Below, piece by piece: positions 36,894 to 50,595 of a DNA stretch of 64,000 nucleotides. Within the stretch, counting starts at the first letter, position 1, and each line of letters begins with the position of its first letter. The DNA comes from Eledone cirrhosa. Taxonomy: Eukaryota. A program made the translations under genes and the position numbers. Below the pieces are notes generated by a model, which saw only the letters and a list, made by a program, of their open reading frames with translations, made no database searches and was not told the origin of the DNA. The stretch lies in assembly GCA_964016885.1 (NCBI GenBank), contig OZ024741.1, positions 94,798,001-94,862,000 on the forward strand, given 5' to 3'.

Positions 36894-38385
36894 CTTGGGG
36901 AGGGTCATATTTGTGTAATATTGCCAGAATTAATAACAGAACACACTCACTGTTTGGTTGGTTTTCGCTTCTCGCTGTCTTTTATATCTGTAATCTAGCT
37001 TACTCGGTCCTCAATGTTGCCATTGACTGACCGACGGTAAAAAATAATACAGATACAATATAGACACAAACACATATATATAGTTTACATAATTTACATA
37101 AATCTTTCGTTGCACATCTGCAACATCGTCAGTGGTGTTATATTTTCCTCCTGTTGTGTTGTATGTCTACGCCATTTTTTATTCAGTCTGTCTGTATATT
37201 TATTTATTTATTTATTTGCATGTTTGTTTATTTTGTTTTGTCTTCTTTGCGCATGCGTTTGCGTGTGTGTATAGTGTTATGTTTGCTGTGTGACTAGTGT
37301 GTATAGTGTGATGTTTGCTGGGTGACTAGTGTGTATTTATGTGCTTGTTGTTATTGTGCTTGTGTATGTATTTATTTATCTTATTTTATTTACTTATTTA
37401 TACTTCTCTTAGGTCAGTGTTGTTTGTTTGGGTGTTGTTGTTATTCCACTCATTCTTTCTGTTTAGCTTTGGTCTTCTAATTTCTATTTCACTGGCCTCT
37501 CTGATTTGCCTATCTGCTGGGTCATTTCTATGTTTAGATATTATTCTAATTTCTATGTTGTCTATGTTACCGTCATGTTGTTGTCTAGCATGTTCGTATA
37601 GTACTGACCCGTTTTTTCGTCCTTTTAGTTCCCCCCAGTGTTGGTCTATCCTTTCACCTATGCTACGAGCTGTCTCACCTATGTATGTTGTTGTCATGTT
37701 TCTGCAAGTACCCTCTGTACATCTTATGCTATAGACTACGTTTCTAGTTTTACAGTTTATCCGGGGGTTCACCTTACATATGATACATTTCCTATTGGTA
37801 CAGTGGGTTTTCTTAAAAGGGTAGGTTTTGCTGATCAGGGATTTTATGGTGGTTCCTGGCTTTTCTACCACCTTTATTTTTAAGTGGGTCTTTCTCAGGG
37901 CCTTTCTACACTGGTTAACTAATTTCCCTCCAGGGGTGGCGTCCACAAACATGACACTCTGGTATCTCTGGTTGTCGTACCATGATGTGGCTTTCCCTAT
38001 CTTATGTCTAGCCCTATCTAAGCTATTCCATGATTTGCTCCTGTATAATGGGCAAATTCCTTTCATGTCCAGTTCTATGAGGGTCTTATACTTTTCCATG
38101 GCTCCTTCGTATACTCTGACTCTGTCTCTTTGGTTGTAGCCAGAGAACTGCATGCGGTTGATGAAGTGTTGGATGTGTCTTTCCATTTCTGTTGGGTCGC
38201 ACATGCTGGACACATTCTTCATCACTCGTACCAAATCTGCGATCATAATATTAAACTTAGCACTACTGGACATTGCTGAGTTTTTGAGTATCAGGTATTT
38301 GGAGGCAAAATGGTAGTCCTGGTCAGCATAAGCTGGGTGAATTTCATGAGCGAAAGGTACAGACACGTCCAGTGTGAGTGGGATG
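36888..38385 (-). mobile_element. Penelope-like element, 5'-truncated (RT C-terminus, GIY-YIG endonuclease, pLTR)
   Basis: Open frame 37398-about 38310: SGY, Cys-rich linker, NVVYSIRC...[20 protein letters not shown]...LNRKNEW; TA-flanked. Confidence 0.9.
37097..37134 (-). ncRNA. Minimal hammerhead in the PLE 3' pLTR (short stem I)
   Basis: CA-CTGACGA-T-GTTGCA GATG TGCAAC-GAAA-G AT T-TA-TG. Confidence 0.6.
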
Positions 38386-38457
<72 letters not shown>

Positions 38458-38468
38458 CATACATATAC

Positions 38469-38499
<31 letters not shown>

Positions 38500-38536
38500 C
38501 ATATATATATACACATATATATATACATATATATAC

Positions 38537-38603
<67 letters not shown>

Positions 38604-38646
38604 CATATATACATATATATATACATATATATATATACATATATAT

Positions 38647-39376
38647 ATAAAAACAAATAACGAAACGAAATTAAATTTCGTTTCGTTTGTAACTCACTTT
38701 TGTATGACTGACGCTTAAACAATTAAGTTAAAAATGTACATCCGCATATGTATACTGAAATACTAGTATGCATATGAATACACACACGTATACATATGCA
38801 GATGTACCAAGTCTTTCACTGGTTACTTTACTGTGAGTATCCAGCTATTCTGTATGTAAACACACAGACAAACCGGTTTTTAGAGTCATACTGGTCTTTG
38901 AGGAAACACCTTTCCTCTATTCTCCAGAAAGCCAGACAAGGAATATTGAACTAGTTTCGTTGTTGTTACAACTCATCAGCAATATTTACCTATCTACCGG
39001 CCTTTCTGGAGAATCGTAAAAGCACATATCGTTATATGCTTTTTCTATGAAAATTAGTAGTGGGCAGACTAATTTGCATAGAGTGTGAGTACGTACCGGT
39101 TCAACGGAGACGATAAAAACAAATAACGAAACGAAATTAAATTTCGTTTCGTTTGTAACTCACTTTTGTATGACTGACGCTTAAACAATTAAGTTAAAAA
39201 TGTACATCCGCATATGTATACTGAAATACTAGTATGCATATGAATACACACACGTATACATATGCAGATGTACCAAGTCTTTCACTGGTTACTTTACTGT
39301 GAGTATCCAGCTATTCTGTATGTAAACACACAGACAAACCGGTTTTTAGAGTCATACTGGTCTTTGAGGAAACAGA

Positions 39377-39378
<2 letters not shown>
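38647..39378 (-). mobile_element. Retrozyme-like ORF-less partial tandem (466-bp period, 262-bp direct repeats)
   Basis: 38647-38908 repeated at 39113-39374, apparently identical; hammerhead in the unique part; TA tracts on both sides. Confidence 0.7.
38942..38986 (-). ncRNA. Type I hammerhead ribozyme with extended stem I
   Basis: AATATTG-CTGATGA-GTTGT AACA ACAAC-GAAA-C TA G-TT-CAATATT; stem I continues to TCTCCAGAAAG / CTTTCTGGAGA (38921-39011). Confidence 0.85.
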
Positions 39379-39435
<57 letters not shown>

Positions 39436-39621
39436 GATAAATCTACCAAAAGTTTACGGTAGTGTCCAATCCGTATGAAGAACTCAATGTAATCCGGATA
39501 TCATGAAAAGAGAAGATGCATTCAAAAACTACTTTCGGTGAAAAATAAACGGAAAACAGAGTCAAGATAAATTAATAAAATAATGAATAAACAAAGAAAC
39601 AGTTCCTTATATTAAAAAAAT

Positions 39622-39763
39622 TCATCATTTTACGATCGTTTCTAGGATATATATGTGTTAGAGTTGGTATGCATATTCTATAGATCTATGTACAATATTT
39701 ATACAAACTATCAGAGGGAATATACATACCTACACATATATATGCTGTCTTCAGAAATAATGA
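39622..39763 (-). ncRNA. Type I hammerhead with about 105-nt stem II (3' pLTR copy)
   Basis: Reverse complement of 41891-42032. Confidence 0.75.
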
Positions 39764-41020
39764 TATTTGTTTATTGAAAAAAGCAAAGATTCAATACAAT
39801 AGGTCTGTTTGGGAACAGGTTTTGAATTGACCAATCAGGAGATAGTGAGGGTCAAGATAGTAATATAGTAGTAGAAGAACCTTAAATTATGGGTAGAGGA
39901 AGGTAGATTTCAGTTTTGGATGAAGGAATATTTTAGGCAAGAAATAGGTCTTATGCTGACCTCAGAAATAATTTTATTTGTTCATTGAATAAAACCAATA
40001 AAGATCTAATATATTCTGTCTGTATGGTAAGAGGTTTAGAATTAACCAATAGAAAGTTAATAATTGGCCAAATGGTAAAATAGTAGTAATTGAAGCTTAT
40101 TTTAGGGGTGAAAATAGGTCAGGTGGTCAGTCAAAGGTATACAAGCAGTTGCTGTTATAAAATAATAATGCCAATACAAATATCTAAGGTGACCAAAGTT
40201 TTAAGATAAGAATGTTAGTGAAAAAAATACATCTATGAAAAGAATATAAAATTAATTTAATTGATGGGTATATTTATATTGATAAAATTATACTAATACA
40301 TATAGATATGATAAATAAGAGTTAGATGCAGTTCAAAAGTGCTGTTAAAGATGAGGGGAAATTAAAAGAATATAAAAATAATATATATATATATATATAC
40401 CTATATATACATATACATATACATATACATATATATACACATACACACACATATATATATATATATATACACTTATATATATATATATGTGTGTATATAT
40501 ATATACACACATACACACACACACATACACACATATATATATATATATATATATACATATATATATACACATATATATATATATACATATATATATACAC
40601 ACATACATGCACATATACATATATACACATACATATACACACACATACACACTTATACATACATATAATTATTGGGGGGGGGGGGGTTAAATTTATTAGT
40701 GAGAAATAGTAAATATATATAGTTTTCAAGGAACATAGAGTCATAACCTGAAGTTAAAGCATTATATATGTTTACTTAATGGTATCAGTTTTAGGAAATG
40801 ATATTTGTAAGAAGGAAAGCAAAATTATGTAGTTCATCAGTAGTAGAATATTAATTATAGGTTAACTAAATTAAAAATAGTTTATATATTAATTTCTAAA
40901 GTGTATATTAATTAGGTTTATAATATTTAAAGCAGAATTATGTAGTTCATCAGTAGTAGAATATTTATTATAGGTTAACTAAATTAAAAATAATTTATAT
41001 ATTAATTTCTAAAGTGTATA

Positions 41021-41670
41021 TTAATTAGGTTTACAATATTTAAAGGTTTTTCTCAGTTTATGATTACACGATATTATTAATTCCTGTCGCTTATTTAATA
41101 GGGTATCCTTAGATTTCATTATTTCGAAAAGTTCTTGGGAACATAATCTACATTCATTTCTACTATTTTGATAAGGGGTGGCCCTTTTGAGCACACTCCA
41201 GGTCAGGTCATATTCTATATTCCTCTTTCTATAACTATTAATTATTTCAGCTAGAGATGTATTAGCTAGTGCGGCATTTTTAAAACTATGTTTGTGGGTA
41301 TTAAATCTTACCTTAAAATTGTTAGAGGTAGCTCCTATATATGAATAAATTGAGTCCTTAGTGTTAACTTTACATTTATAGGCAATTTCCTTTTAATGGA
41401 CAGTTTGCCTTGTTTCTACAGTTACAACTTTTCGTGAATCCTGTATCTGAGGAGATATTATGGTTAGTTTGATGTACTGGTGGTATACTCATGGTTTTTT
41501 TACACTTATATGCATTATAGGCACTTATATTTTGTTTTATGTTTTTGGTTGTTGAGTAGGAGAATTTAACCGTTGATCTATTTAAGATTTGATGGTATTT
41601 GTGGTTTGGCGGGAAGTTTTTCTCTAGGATATTAAAGAATTTTTTAGGTATATTATCCTTAATTTGTAAA
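41021..41670 (-). pseudogene. Frameshifted PLE RT C-terminus plus GIY-YIG endonuclease (not in the ORF track)
   Basis: Manual translation: NFPPNHKYHQILNRSTVKFSYS...CNCRNKANCPLKGN / AYKCKV..YSYIGATSNNFKVRFNTHKHSF...W...CRLC...LLNKRQELIISCNH. Confidence 0.8.
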
Positions 41671-41890
41671 TTAAATCAGCATAAGACCTATTTCTTCCCT
41701 AAAATATTCCTTCATTCATAATACTCTTTTCCATCCAAAACTGAAATCTACCTTCCTCTACCCATAATTTATGGTTCTTCTACTACTATATTACTATCTT
41801 GACCCTCACTATCTCCTGATTGGTCAATTCAAAACCTGTTCCCAAACAGACCTATTGTATTGAATCTTTGCTTTTTTCAATAAACAAATA

Positions 41891-42032
41891 TCATTATTTC
41901 TGAAGACAGCATATATATGTGTAGGTATGTATATTCTCTCTGATAGTTTGTATAAATATTGTACATAGATCTATAGAATATGCATACCAACTCTAACACA
42001 TATATATCCTAGAAACGATCGTAAAATGATGA
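41891..42032 (+). ncRNA. Type I hammerhead with about 105-nt stem II (inverted pLTR copy)
   Basis: TCATTATTT-CTGAAGA-CAGC ATATATATGTG..GGTATGTATATTC...GAATATGCATACC..CACATATATAT CCTA-GAAA-C GATC G-TA-AAATGATGA. Confidence 0.75.
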
Positions 42033-42110
42033 ATTTTTTTTAATATAAGGAACTGTTTCTTTGTTTATTCATTATTTTATTAATTTATATATATATATAT
42101 ATATACACAC

Positions 42111-42209
<99 letters not shown>

Positions 42210-42216
42210 TATATAC

Positions 42217-42249
<33 letters not shown>

Positions 42250-42252
42250 CAC

Positions 42253-42322
<70 letters not shown>

Positions 42323-42464
42323 TTTCTGAATCTGTTAAGCAAGATTCTTTATCTGAAAACGTGTGTTGAAACCGATATTGTTATGCTACCAGTGAAAGCA
42401 ACTGGATCGTGTGTTTCTTATTGGCAACATGACCCTCCCAAAGCATAACAATATATATATATAT

Positions 42465-43050
42465 ATCATAAAACATGTCTTTAGAACCACTAGATATAAT
42501 ATATACCATTTCCTCTCCTAATAAGCATAATTAACCATATAAAAAATCAATTAGACCAAGCTATAAGAATAAAGGCTCCTATGAAAAAATCTCCGACAAA
42601 TAACCGAAAGCAGCCCCTTCGCGGCGGCTACGATGGAGCATTTATCGAACATTTCGACAGCATGTAGAAATAGACCAGATATACAGTCAACTAAACACAA
42701 TTAGGTCTAAAATAAACTTAGAAGAAATGCGTACATATTTAATTACCTCTACCATGGTTTCATCCATATTTTAAGACATCCGATAACAGGGAATGTCCAG
42801 AGCTTCTGATTCATCAGGAGTGAGCTCAAAATTAGACAATTAATTTTCCAAACTGATCGCCCCAAAAATACATTCAAAAATGGCTAAGAATCGTGACGTG
42901 GCAGCGGTCAAGTTAGAAAGGATGTGATTAGTTGCTTACGGCGGGTAGGCTTATTGCTAGAAAGCGCATTATCTAGTGATTCTAAAGACATGTTTTATGA
43001 TATACAGCTCTGACTATTTAATTTATTAATTCTTCATTGAGCCACAACGT
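42465..43050 (-). mobile_element. TA-flanked non-coding PLE-like island with short inverted repeat
   Basis: TCATAAAACATGTCTTTAGAA.CACTAGAT (42466) inverted at 42970-43000; encloses a hammerhead. Confidence 0.55.
42747..42820 (-). ncRNA. Type I hammerhead with extended stem II
   Basis: CTC-CTGATGA-ATC...GACATTCC CTGTTATC GGATGTC...GAT-GAAA-C CATG G-TA-GAG. Confidence 0.75.
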
Positions 43051-43102
43051 GACCCGTTGCAAAACACATATATGTTTATGACTTTATATATATGTAAACC
43101 TT

Positions 43103-43228
<126 letters not shown>

Positions 43229-43308
43229 AAGGTTTACATATATATAAAGTCATAAACATATATGTGTTTTGCAACGGGTCACGTTGTATATATATGTATA
43301 TATATATA

Positions 43309-44185
43309 CAGGGTGCGGACGATATTTGTTTGCAATTTTGAACTGGCAATTTTATGCAATTTTTTTTTACTTTCGTTGTCACTCTTGTCTTCATAAAAGC
43401 AGTGACTATATTTCCATTATTTATTTTCAGAATAATTGATTATGAATAATTTTGAACCTCCAAATTTGTGGAAGAGACACGGATTTCTACTTTGAATCCG
43501 CGCCGGGAGGACAAATAAGACCAGAAGATCAACTCCCAGAACAACAAGTGGCTCGCTGTCTCATCCAAAGACGTGCCCAGAGTCATGCAGACAAAGTTTC
43601 CAGGGACAACATTGGTCTTAGGTGTCGTCAGCAGTAAGGTGACGTCATGCCACCTCACTTCTTCCCCGAGGGCCTCAAGCTGAACACTGATGGCTACATC
43701 CGTGTTCTGAGCGAGGTAGTAAAGCCTTGGATCGACCAGGTAGCTGCAGGTAGGCCGTACGTGTGGCAGCAAGACTCAGCGCCCTGTCATACCAGCCGAA
43801 AGACCCAAGCCTGGCTGTCAGAGAATTTCGTCGACCACACTTCACCTGCCATCTGGTTTCCCAGCTCGCCTGACTGCAGCCCCCTCGACTTGTTTGTGTG
43901 GGGCACAGTGGAACGAGACATCGAAAGACGATCTGAAGGCCATGATCACAAGTGCCTTTAGGGGCCTAAGTCGGGGGGGGGGGGGTCAGTGACGAAGGCC
44001 TGTAGCCAGTTCCGAGGCCGCCTTGAGGCCGTCATCAAAGCCAATGGCGGGTTTATCGAGTGAGATCGAAAGAACAAGTCATGAAGACAAACTGACCCAA
44101 GTTTGATAAATAAATCTTAAAAAATAAAACTACTGTTATTTTTTCCTACACAGTAATCTTGCGAACAAATATCGTCCGCACCCTG
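43309..44185 (+). mobile_element. Tc1/mariner DD37D (maT-type) element, internally deleted
   Basis: TA|CAGGGTGCGGACGATATTTGTT TIRs|TA; QQDSAPCH...SPDCSPLD with 37 residues between the second and third Asp. Confidence 0.9.
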
Positions 44186-44189
44186 TATA

Positions 44190-45927
44190 TATCAGTGCCA
44201 CGGAACACCCGCCCATCGCCTTACGGTCGAACAACGAACTATCTTCATCTTACAGACCCACACTCCCCCCGGCCTGAACTCCCCACCCTTATTCCTTTAG
44301 CGTTCGACCGCGCCCCTCCCCCCACACTTATCCCCCACTAACACGAAATAACACACCCCTCCTTTTCACCGCCCACCCCACACTAACAATACTAACACCT
44401 CCACTCCACCCCTCATCTGACCACCCTTCCCCAACTAACATACTAACATCCCTTCCCTCCCCTCTTCTCCTCCTCCCCCCTCCTTATCACACGCACACAC
44501 CCACCGGCACATATATACACGCGCTCACACTAAACACACACCCTACTACCACCACTAACCCTCACCCCCACACCTCTCACCCCCACACCTTCATCCCACC
44601 ACCCCGCAACTAATCTCACTAACACCCCCTAACCCCAAGCACACGAACACACGCACCCACTTACACCACCCACCCCACACGCAACTAACATCACTAACAC
44701 CCCCAACCCCACGCACACGTACCCACACACCCTCGTACACCACCAACTCTACACACCCTACCACCACTAACCCCCACTCACACCTGCATTCAACCCCTCC
44801 CCACCTCCCGTATACTAACACCCACTAACACCTCTTCATCAAACTACACACGCACCAGTACACCACACTCCCTCCATAGAACCACACACACCCTTCTCTC
44901 CCCACTCCACCCACACCCTCACTCCACACTCACTCATCCCACTAACACCCCTACTAATACACACACACACCCTCCTCACTCCAACTTTCACACCTACCCA
45001 TCCTCGCCCCCTACCATTCCACTGACTGCTGCTGTGCCCTCTGGCCACCTCCCAGCACCAACAGACCACAGCACTCCCACTGCTGACCACTTCCTGTTGC
45101 GCGCGTACCCCACATCTCTCCTCTTCCGACCACCACTTCATGGATTACCCACACGCAGAATTTGACTTACAAACAATCTACTGAACATCCTTGGAACTTA
45201 CCAACTTTTCAACCATCCTCTTGCGTAATCACCTATATAACTCACCCGCACACACACCCCAAAAAATGTTTTTCTCCACACGCCACGCACACCCACAACA
45301 CGCTTAAACCCCACACACACGTGCTTCCCACCACATATTTACACCCTCAGCCTCCTGATTCCTCTCCCCCACCCCCCTATCCACACACGCACAGACACTC
45401 CGACCCACAAAAACACCCCCCACACACACCCCTTCCTGAACATGCAACCCCGTTTTTCCCCCAACCCTTACTTTCACATACACACACACACTCACGCACA
45501 CCTACACACACACACACCACCTTCAGCCCTCCCCGCTCGGACACCCCGTCTCCCTCTCCCCACTCCACCCGCCACCACCCCTACTCACCTCACACCCTTC
45601 CACCACCTGTTTACCCCCCTTTTAATTTCAGTTTATTTTGATCATGCCTTTATTTTTAAATTTTCTCATTCCTTGTATTTTGATCATGCTTTATTTTTAT
45701 TTTTTATCTTTATTTGTTTTTTCTCATTCGCACCGTTTCCTTTCGCTATATGTCTCTCCACCACTCCCCTACACACCTTTTGAACTCTGTTCCCACACAC
45801 TTCTCACCTGAGGAAGGGCTTATGCCCGAAACGTCGTCCCCCACCTACCCCCCACTCTCCTGAGCGTGAAATTAATAAACATTTATTGTACTGCCTCTCT
45901 GTTTTGTCCCTGTTCAAATTTTTCCAT
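44190..45927 (+). mobile_element. C/A-rich low-complexity retroposed island ending in a degenerate hammerhead core and AATAAA
   Basis: About 1.4 kb strongly G-poor strand; CTGAGGA-A-GGGC TTAT GCCC-GAAAC-GTCGTC at 45808-45838; AATAAA at about 45874. Confidence 0.4.
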
Positions 45928-46595
<668 letters not shown>

Positions 46596-47485
46596 AGAAG
46601 CTAGATTTACCATCTTTCTAGCGGGTCCGGGTATGCTTTTTACATTCATTTGATTTATTGATTTATTGATATTTTATCTGAGTGTCCCGAATCTTCCAGA
46701 TCGCAATTTTTCGGTCGTATGATTGATTTTAGACATGTTCTATATGTAACGGTATTTTAACGATAGTTATAGCTCTGATTTATCTGAATTATTGAGCCCT
46801 CTGCCGCTCATTTCGAATTTTGTTTATCGTGAACTCGTGCGCCGATTTTTCGATACTCGATTATTCTACTATATTTAGCTCTAGACCTAGCTATTGGCCA
46901 GTTAATTTTATTGTTCATTTTTTGTCGATTCTATTAAATGATGAATAGCTCCTGTTTATTTTAACATGTCTATTGAGCACTCTTATTCGATATGTGTATT
47001 TCCACATTTTCCCGAATATTTTTTGCGGATATAGAGGTTATCTCCCTTGCTGAATTCCATGTGCGTTTTTTCAACCTGGGTTATGCCTTATCATTCGTTC
47101 GGACAAAAGCTCGTTGAGGAAGTAAATTCCCGTCCGCTGGCTTCTAGAAGTCTTATATTTTTTATGTGAGCTGATAGAGGGCAGTTTAAGGATTTACAGA
47201 AACCCAAGAAGCTAGATTTACCATCTTTCTAGCGGGTCCGGGTATGCTTTTTACATTCATTTGATTTATTGATTTATTGATATTTTATCTGAGTGTCCCG
47301 AATCTTCCAGATCGCAATTTTTCGGTCGTATGGTTGATTTTAGCCATGTTCTATATGTGACGGTATTTTAACGATAGTTATAGCTCTGATTTATCTGAAT
47401 TATTGAGCCCTCTGCCGCTCATTTCGAATTTTGTTTATCGTGAACTCGTGCGCCGATTTTTCGATACTCGATTATTCTACTATAT
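46596..47485. mobile_element. ORF-less partial tandem element (611-bp period, about 280-bp direct repeats)
   Basis: 46596-46874 repeated at 47207-47485 with a few differences; TA on both sides. Confidence 0.65.
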
Positions 47486-47493
47486 ATATATAT

Positions 47494-50400
47494 ATGAAGA
47501 CGTCGCATCTCAGAGTTGCAACACTTAATGTTGGCACTCTCAGAGGTAGATCTGCTGAAATAGCGGAGATGCTGGAGAGAAGGCAGGTGGATGTGTGCTG
47601 CGTGCAAGAGGTGAGATGGAGAGTTGCCTCTGCGAGACTAGTCGTAGGCAAGCGTCTTAGCTATAAGCTATTCTGGGTAGGTAAGGATGATGGGTTAGGG
47701 GGAGTAGGCATTTTCCTGGCTGAGAAATGGATCAATAAGACAATAGAGGTAGTTCGAGTTAGTAATCGAATAATTAAGCTTAGATTAGTTGTAGGTAGGA
47801 GACTACTGACAATCATCTCGGTCTATGCTCCCCAAGCAGGCCTAGGCAAAGATGAGAAAGACTGCTTTTATGAGCAACTTTTGCAAACAACCACAATGAC
47901 AGAGGACGGAGACATCGTTATACTAGCAGGAGACTTCAATGGTCATGTTGGACAGCTCCAGGATGGTTACACTGGGGTACATGGTGGGCACGGTTACGGT
48001 TCAAGAAATGAAGAAGGAGTGAGACTTCTTGAATTTTGTGATGCGAGTACATTGACTATTTTCAACACAAACTTCCAGAAACCTGCCAATCACCTAATAA
48101 CCTACAAATCTGGTGAGCACATAAGCCAGATTGACTTCCTGCTAGTTAGGCAGCGGGACAGGCAGATAGTGTTTAATACCAAGGCATACCCTGGGGAAGA
48201 ATGTACCCCACAGCATAGGTTAGTTGTTAGTGATATCTCAGTAAGCAAGAGATGGAATGAGACATATAGGAAGGTGTGGAGAAGAAAGGTCTGGAAGCTA
48301 AAAGACCTTTCACTAAAATACAAATTTAGGAAAGCCCTTCAAGATGTATATGACGAAAAAGAAGACGATTTAGAGACGTATGACATAGATAATAACTGGA
48401 AGTTCTTACGTGACAACTTGCTGCAGGCTACTGATGAAACCTGTGGCTGGAGCAGAGCTCCAACCAGACAGAGAGTGACCTGGTGGTGGAACAGCACAGT
48501 AGATAAGGCTATTAGAGACAAAAGACTAGCATGGAAGGCTTGGAAAAAGGGTGGGAGTAGGGAAGAATATACAGCCACTAAGAGAGAAGCTAGACGTCAG
48601 GTGTACTTAGCGCGCAGGGAGGCAGAGAGTAGAAGGTTTGCCAATGTTCTGCGACGGGAAGATCAGAGGCGTGCGGTGTTCCACATTGCAAGGCAGTGTG
48701 TCAATGCAAATCAGGATGTTGTTGGAGATAAATGTGTCCGGGATGATGCCGGTGTACTTAGTGTCACGAATGATCAGAAAAAGGAGGCCTGGAAATGTCA
48801 TTATGAGAGACTGATGAATGTGGAGAACGAATGGGAGAGAGAGAAATTACCCTTGGTAGATCCGACAGAGGGACCAGCTATTGAGATTGACGAATATAGG
48901 GTCCAAGAGGCGATTAGGGAAATGAAAAATGGTAAGGCGGCCGGACCATCGGGAATAGTTGCTGAGATGCTGAAGGCATCAGGGGACGTAGGCACTAAAC
49001 TGGTTGCACGCATCATCAATCAGGCTATATATGGTGGTGTCATACCCAAAGACTGGTGCAGCAGTATTCTCATAAATTGCTACAAAGATAAAGGGGATGC
49101 TTTGGAGAGGAGCAATTATAGGGGTTTAAAACTGATAGATCAGGTTATGAAAGTGGCAGAAAGGATATTAGCACAACTAATTAGAGAAAGGGTCAAACTA
49201 GATGAGATGCAGTTTGGTTTTGTGCCTGGGAAGAGTACAACAGATGCCCTCTTCTTGGTGAGACAAATGCAAGAGAGGTTCTTAGAGAAGAATAAGCCAC
49301 TATACTTAGCCTTTGTTGACCTAGAGAAGGCCTTTGATAGGGTACCCCGATCTGTCATCTGGTGGTCCCTAAGGAAGCTAGGTGTTGAGGAATGGCTTGT
49401 GAGGACAGTGCAAACTTTGTACAGAGGTACTCTCAGTAAAGTCAGGGTAGGAATGGAGTTTAGTGAGGAATTCCAGATAAAAGTAGGAGTACATCAGGGT
49501 TCGGTCCTCAGCCCGCTCTTGTTCATTATAGTCCTCCAAGCCATAACAGAGGAGTTTAAGACTGGCTGTCCATGGGAACTTCTCTATGCTGACGATCTGG
49601 TTCTTATAGCAGAATCAGTAGAGGAGCTAGAGAATAAATTCTGGCTATGGAAACAGCAGTTGGAAGCAAGAGGACTGAGGGTGAATCTAGCTAAGACAAA
49701 AGTGTTGATGAGTAGAAAAGAGGACAAAAGCCTGATTCCGTCAGGGAAATGGCCATGTTCGATATGCAGAAAAGGAACTGGCATAAATTCTATAAAATGC
49801 ACACAATGCAGATCTTGGGTACACAAGAGATGTAGCGGGATAGCAGGCAAACTAACAGGTAGGGAGAAATATGTATGCAGTAGATGTACAGGGAAATTAG
49901 ACAGTAGAAGTCGCACTGATAGACACATTTTTCAAATGCAAGAGGGCGCTATAGAAGTGGTGGATAGCTTCCGGTACCTAGGAGATCAGATTAGCATGGG
50001 AGGTGGGGGGTGGGGTGTTCCGAGGCCATAGTATCTAGAATAAGGACGGGTTGGAAGAAGTTTAGGGAGCTGCTTCCTCTGTTGACGAAGAAGGGTTTCT
50101 CCCTGCGTACGAAAGGCCGGTTGTATGATGCCTGTGTGAGGAGCGCGATGCTGCATGGTAGCGAGACATGGGCAGCAACTGCAGAGGATATGCGACGGCT
50201 GGAGAGAAATGAGGCAAGCATGCTCCGTTGGATGTGCAGTGTAAATGTGCGTGAACGACCCAGCATAAATGTGTTGAGAGAGAAACTGTGTCTGAGAGGG
50301 ATAGAATGTAGTGTACGGGAGAGGAGACTGAGGTGGTATGGACATGTGATGCGCATGGAGGATGACCGATGGGTGAAGAAGTGCCAGGAAATGCCAGTCG

Positions 50401-50595
50401 AAGGAAGACGTGGTAGAGGTAGACCACGAAAAACACGGGCGGAGGTGGTGAGAACAGACCTCAGATCATTGAAGCTCACGGTGGAGATGACGAGGGACCG
50501 TGACGAGTGGAGAGATGCTGTGCTGAATAAGACCCGTCCCACCCTTGCAAGCAGGCAAAAGCGGACGTAAAATGATGATGATGATGATGATGATG

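Larger units (their letters stand above)
39432..42088 (-). mobile_element. Penelope-like element (Naiad-like) with inverted pLTRs 39567-39959 and 41676-42088
   Basis: About 400-bp inverted repeats enclosing a GIY-YIG remnant; a microsatellite interrupts at 40381-40667. Confidence 0.8.

Noticed and set aside
39960-41020. SECIS element expected in some Naiad PLEs
   Set aside because: No convincing AUGA-AA-GA stem found by eye, and no in-frame UGA seen in the translated remnant.
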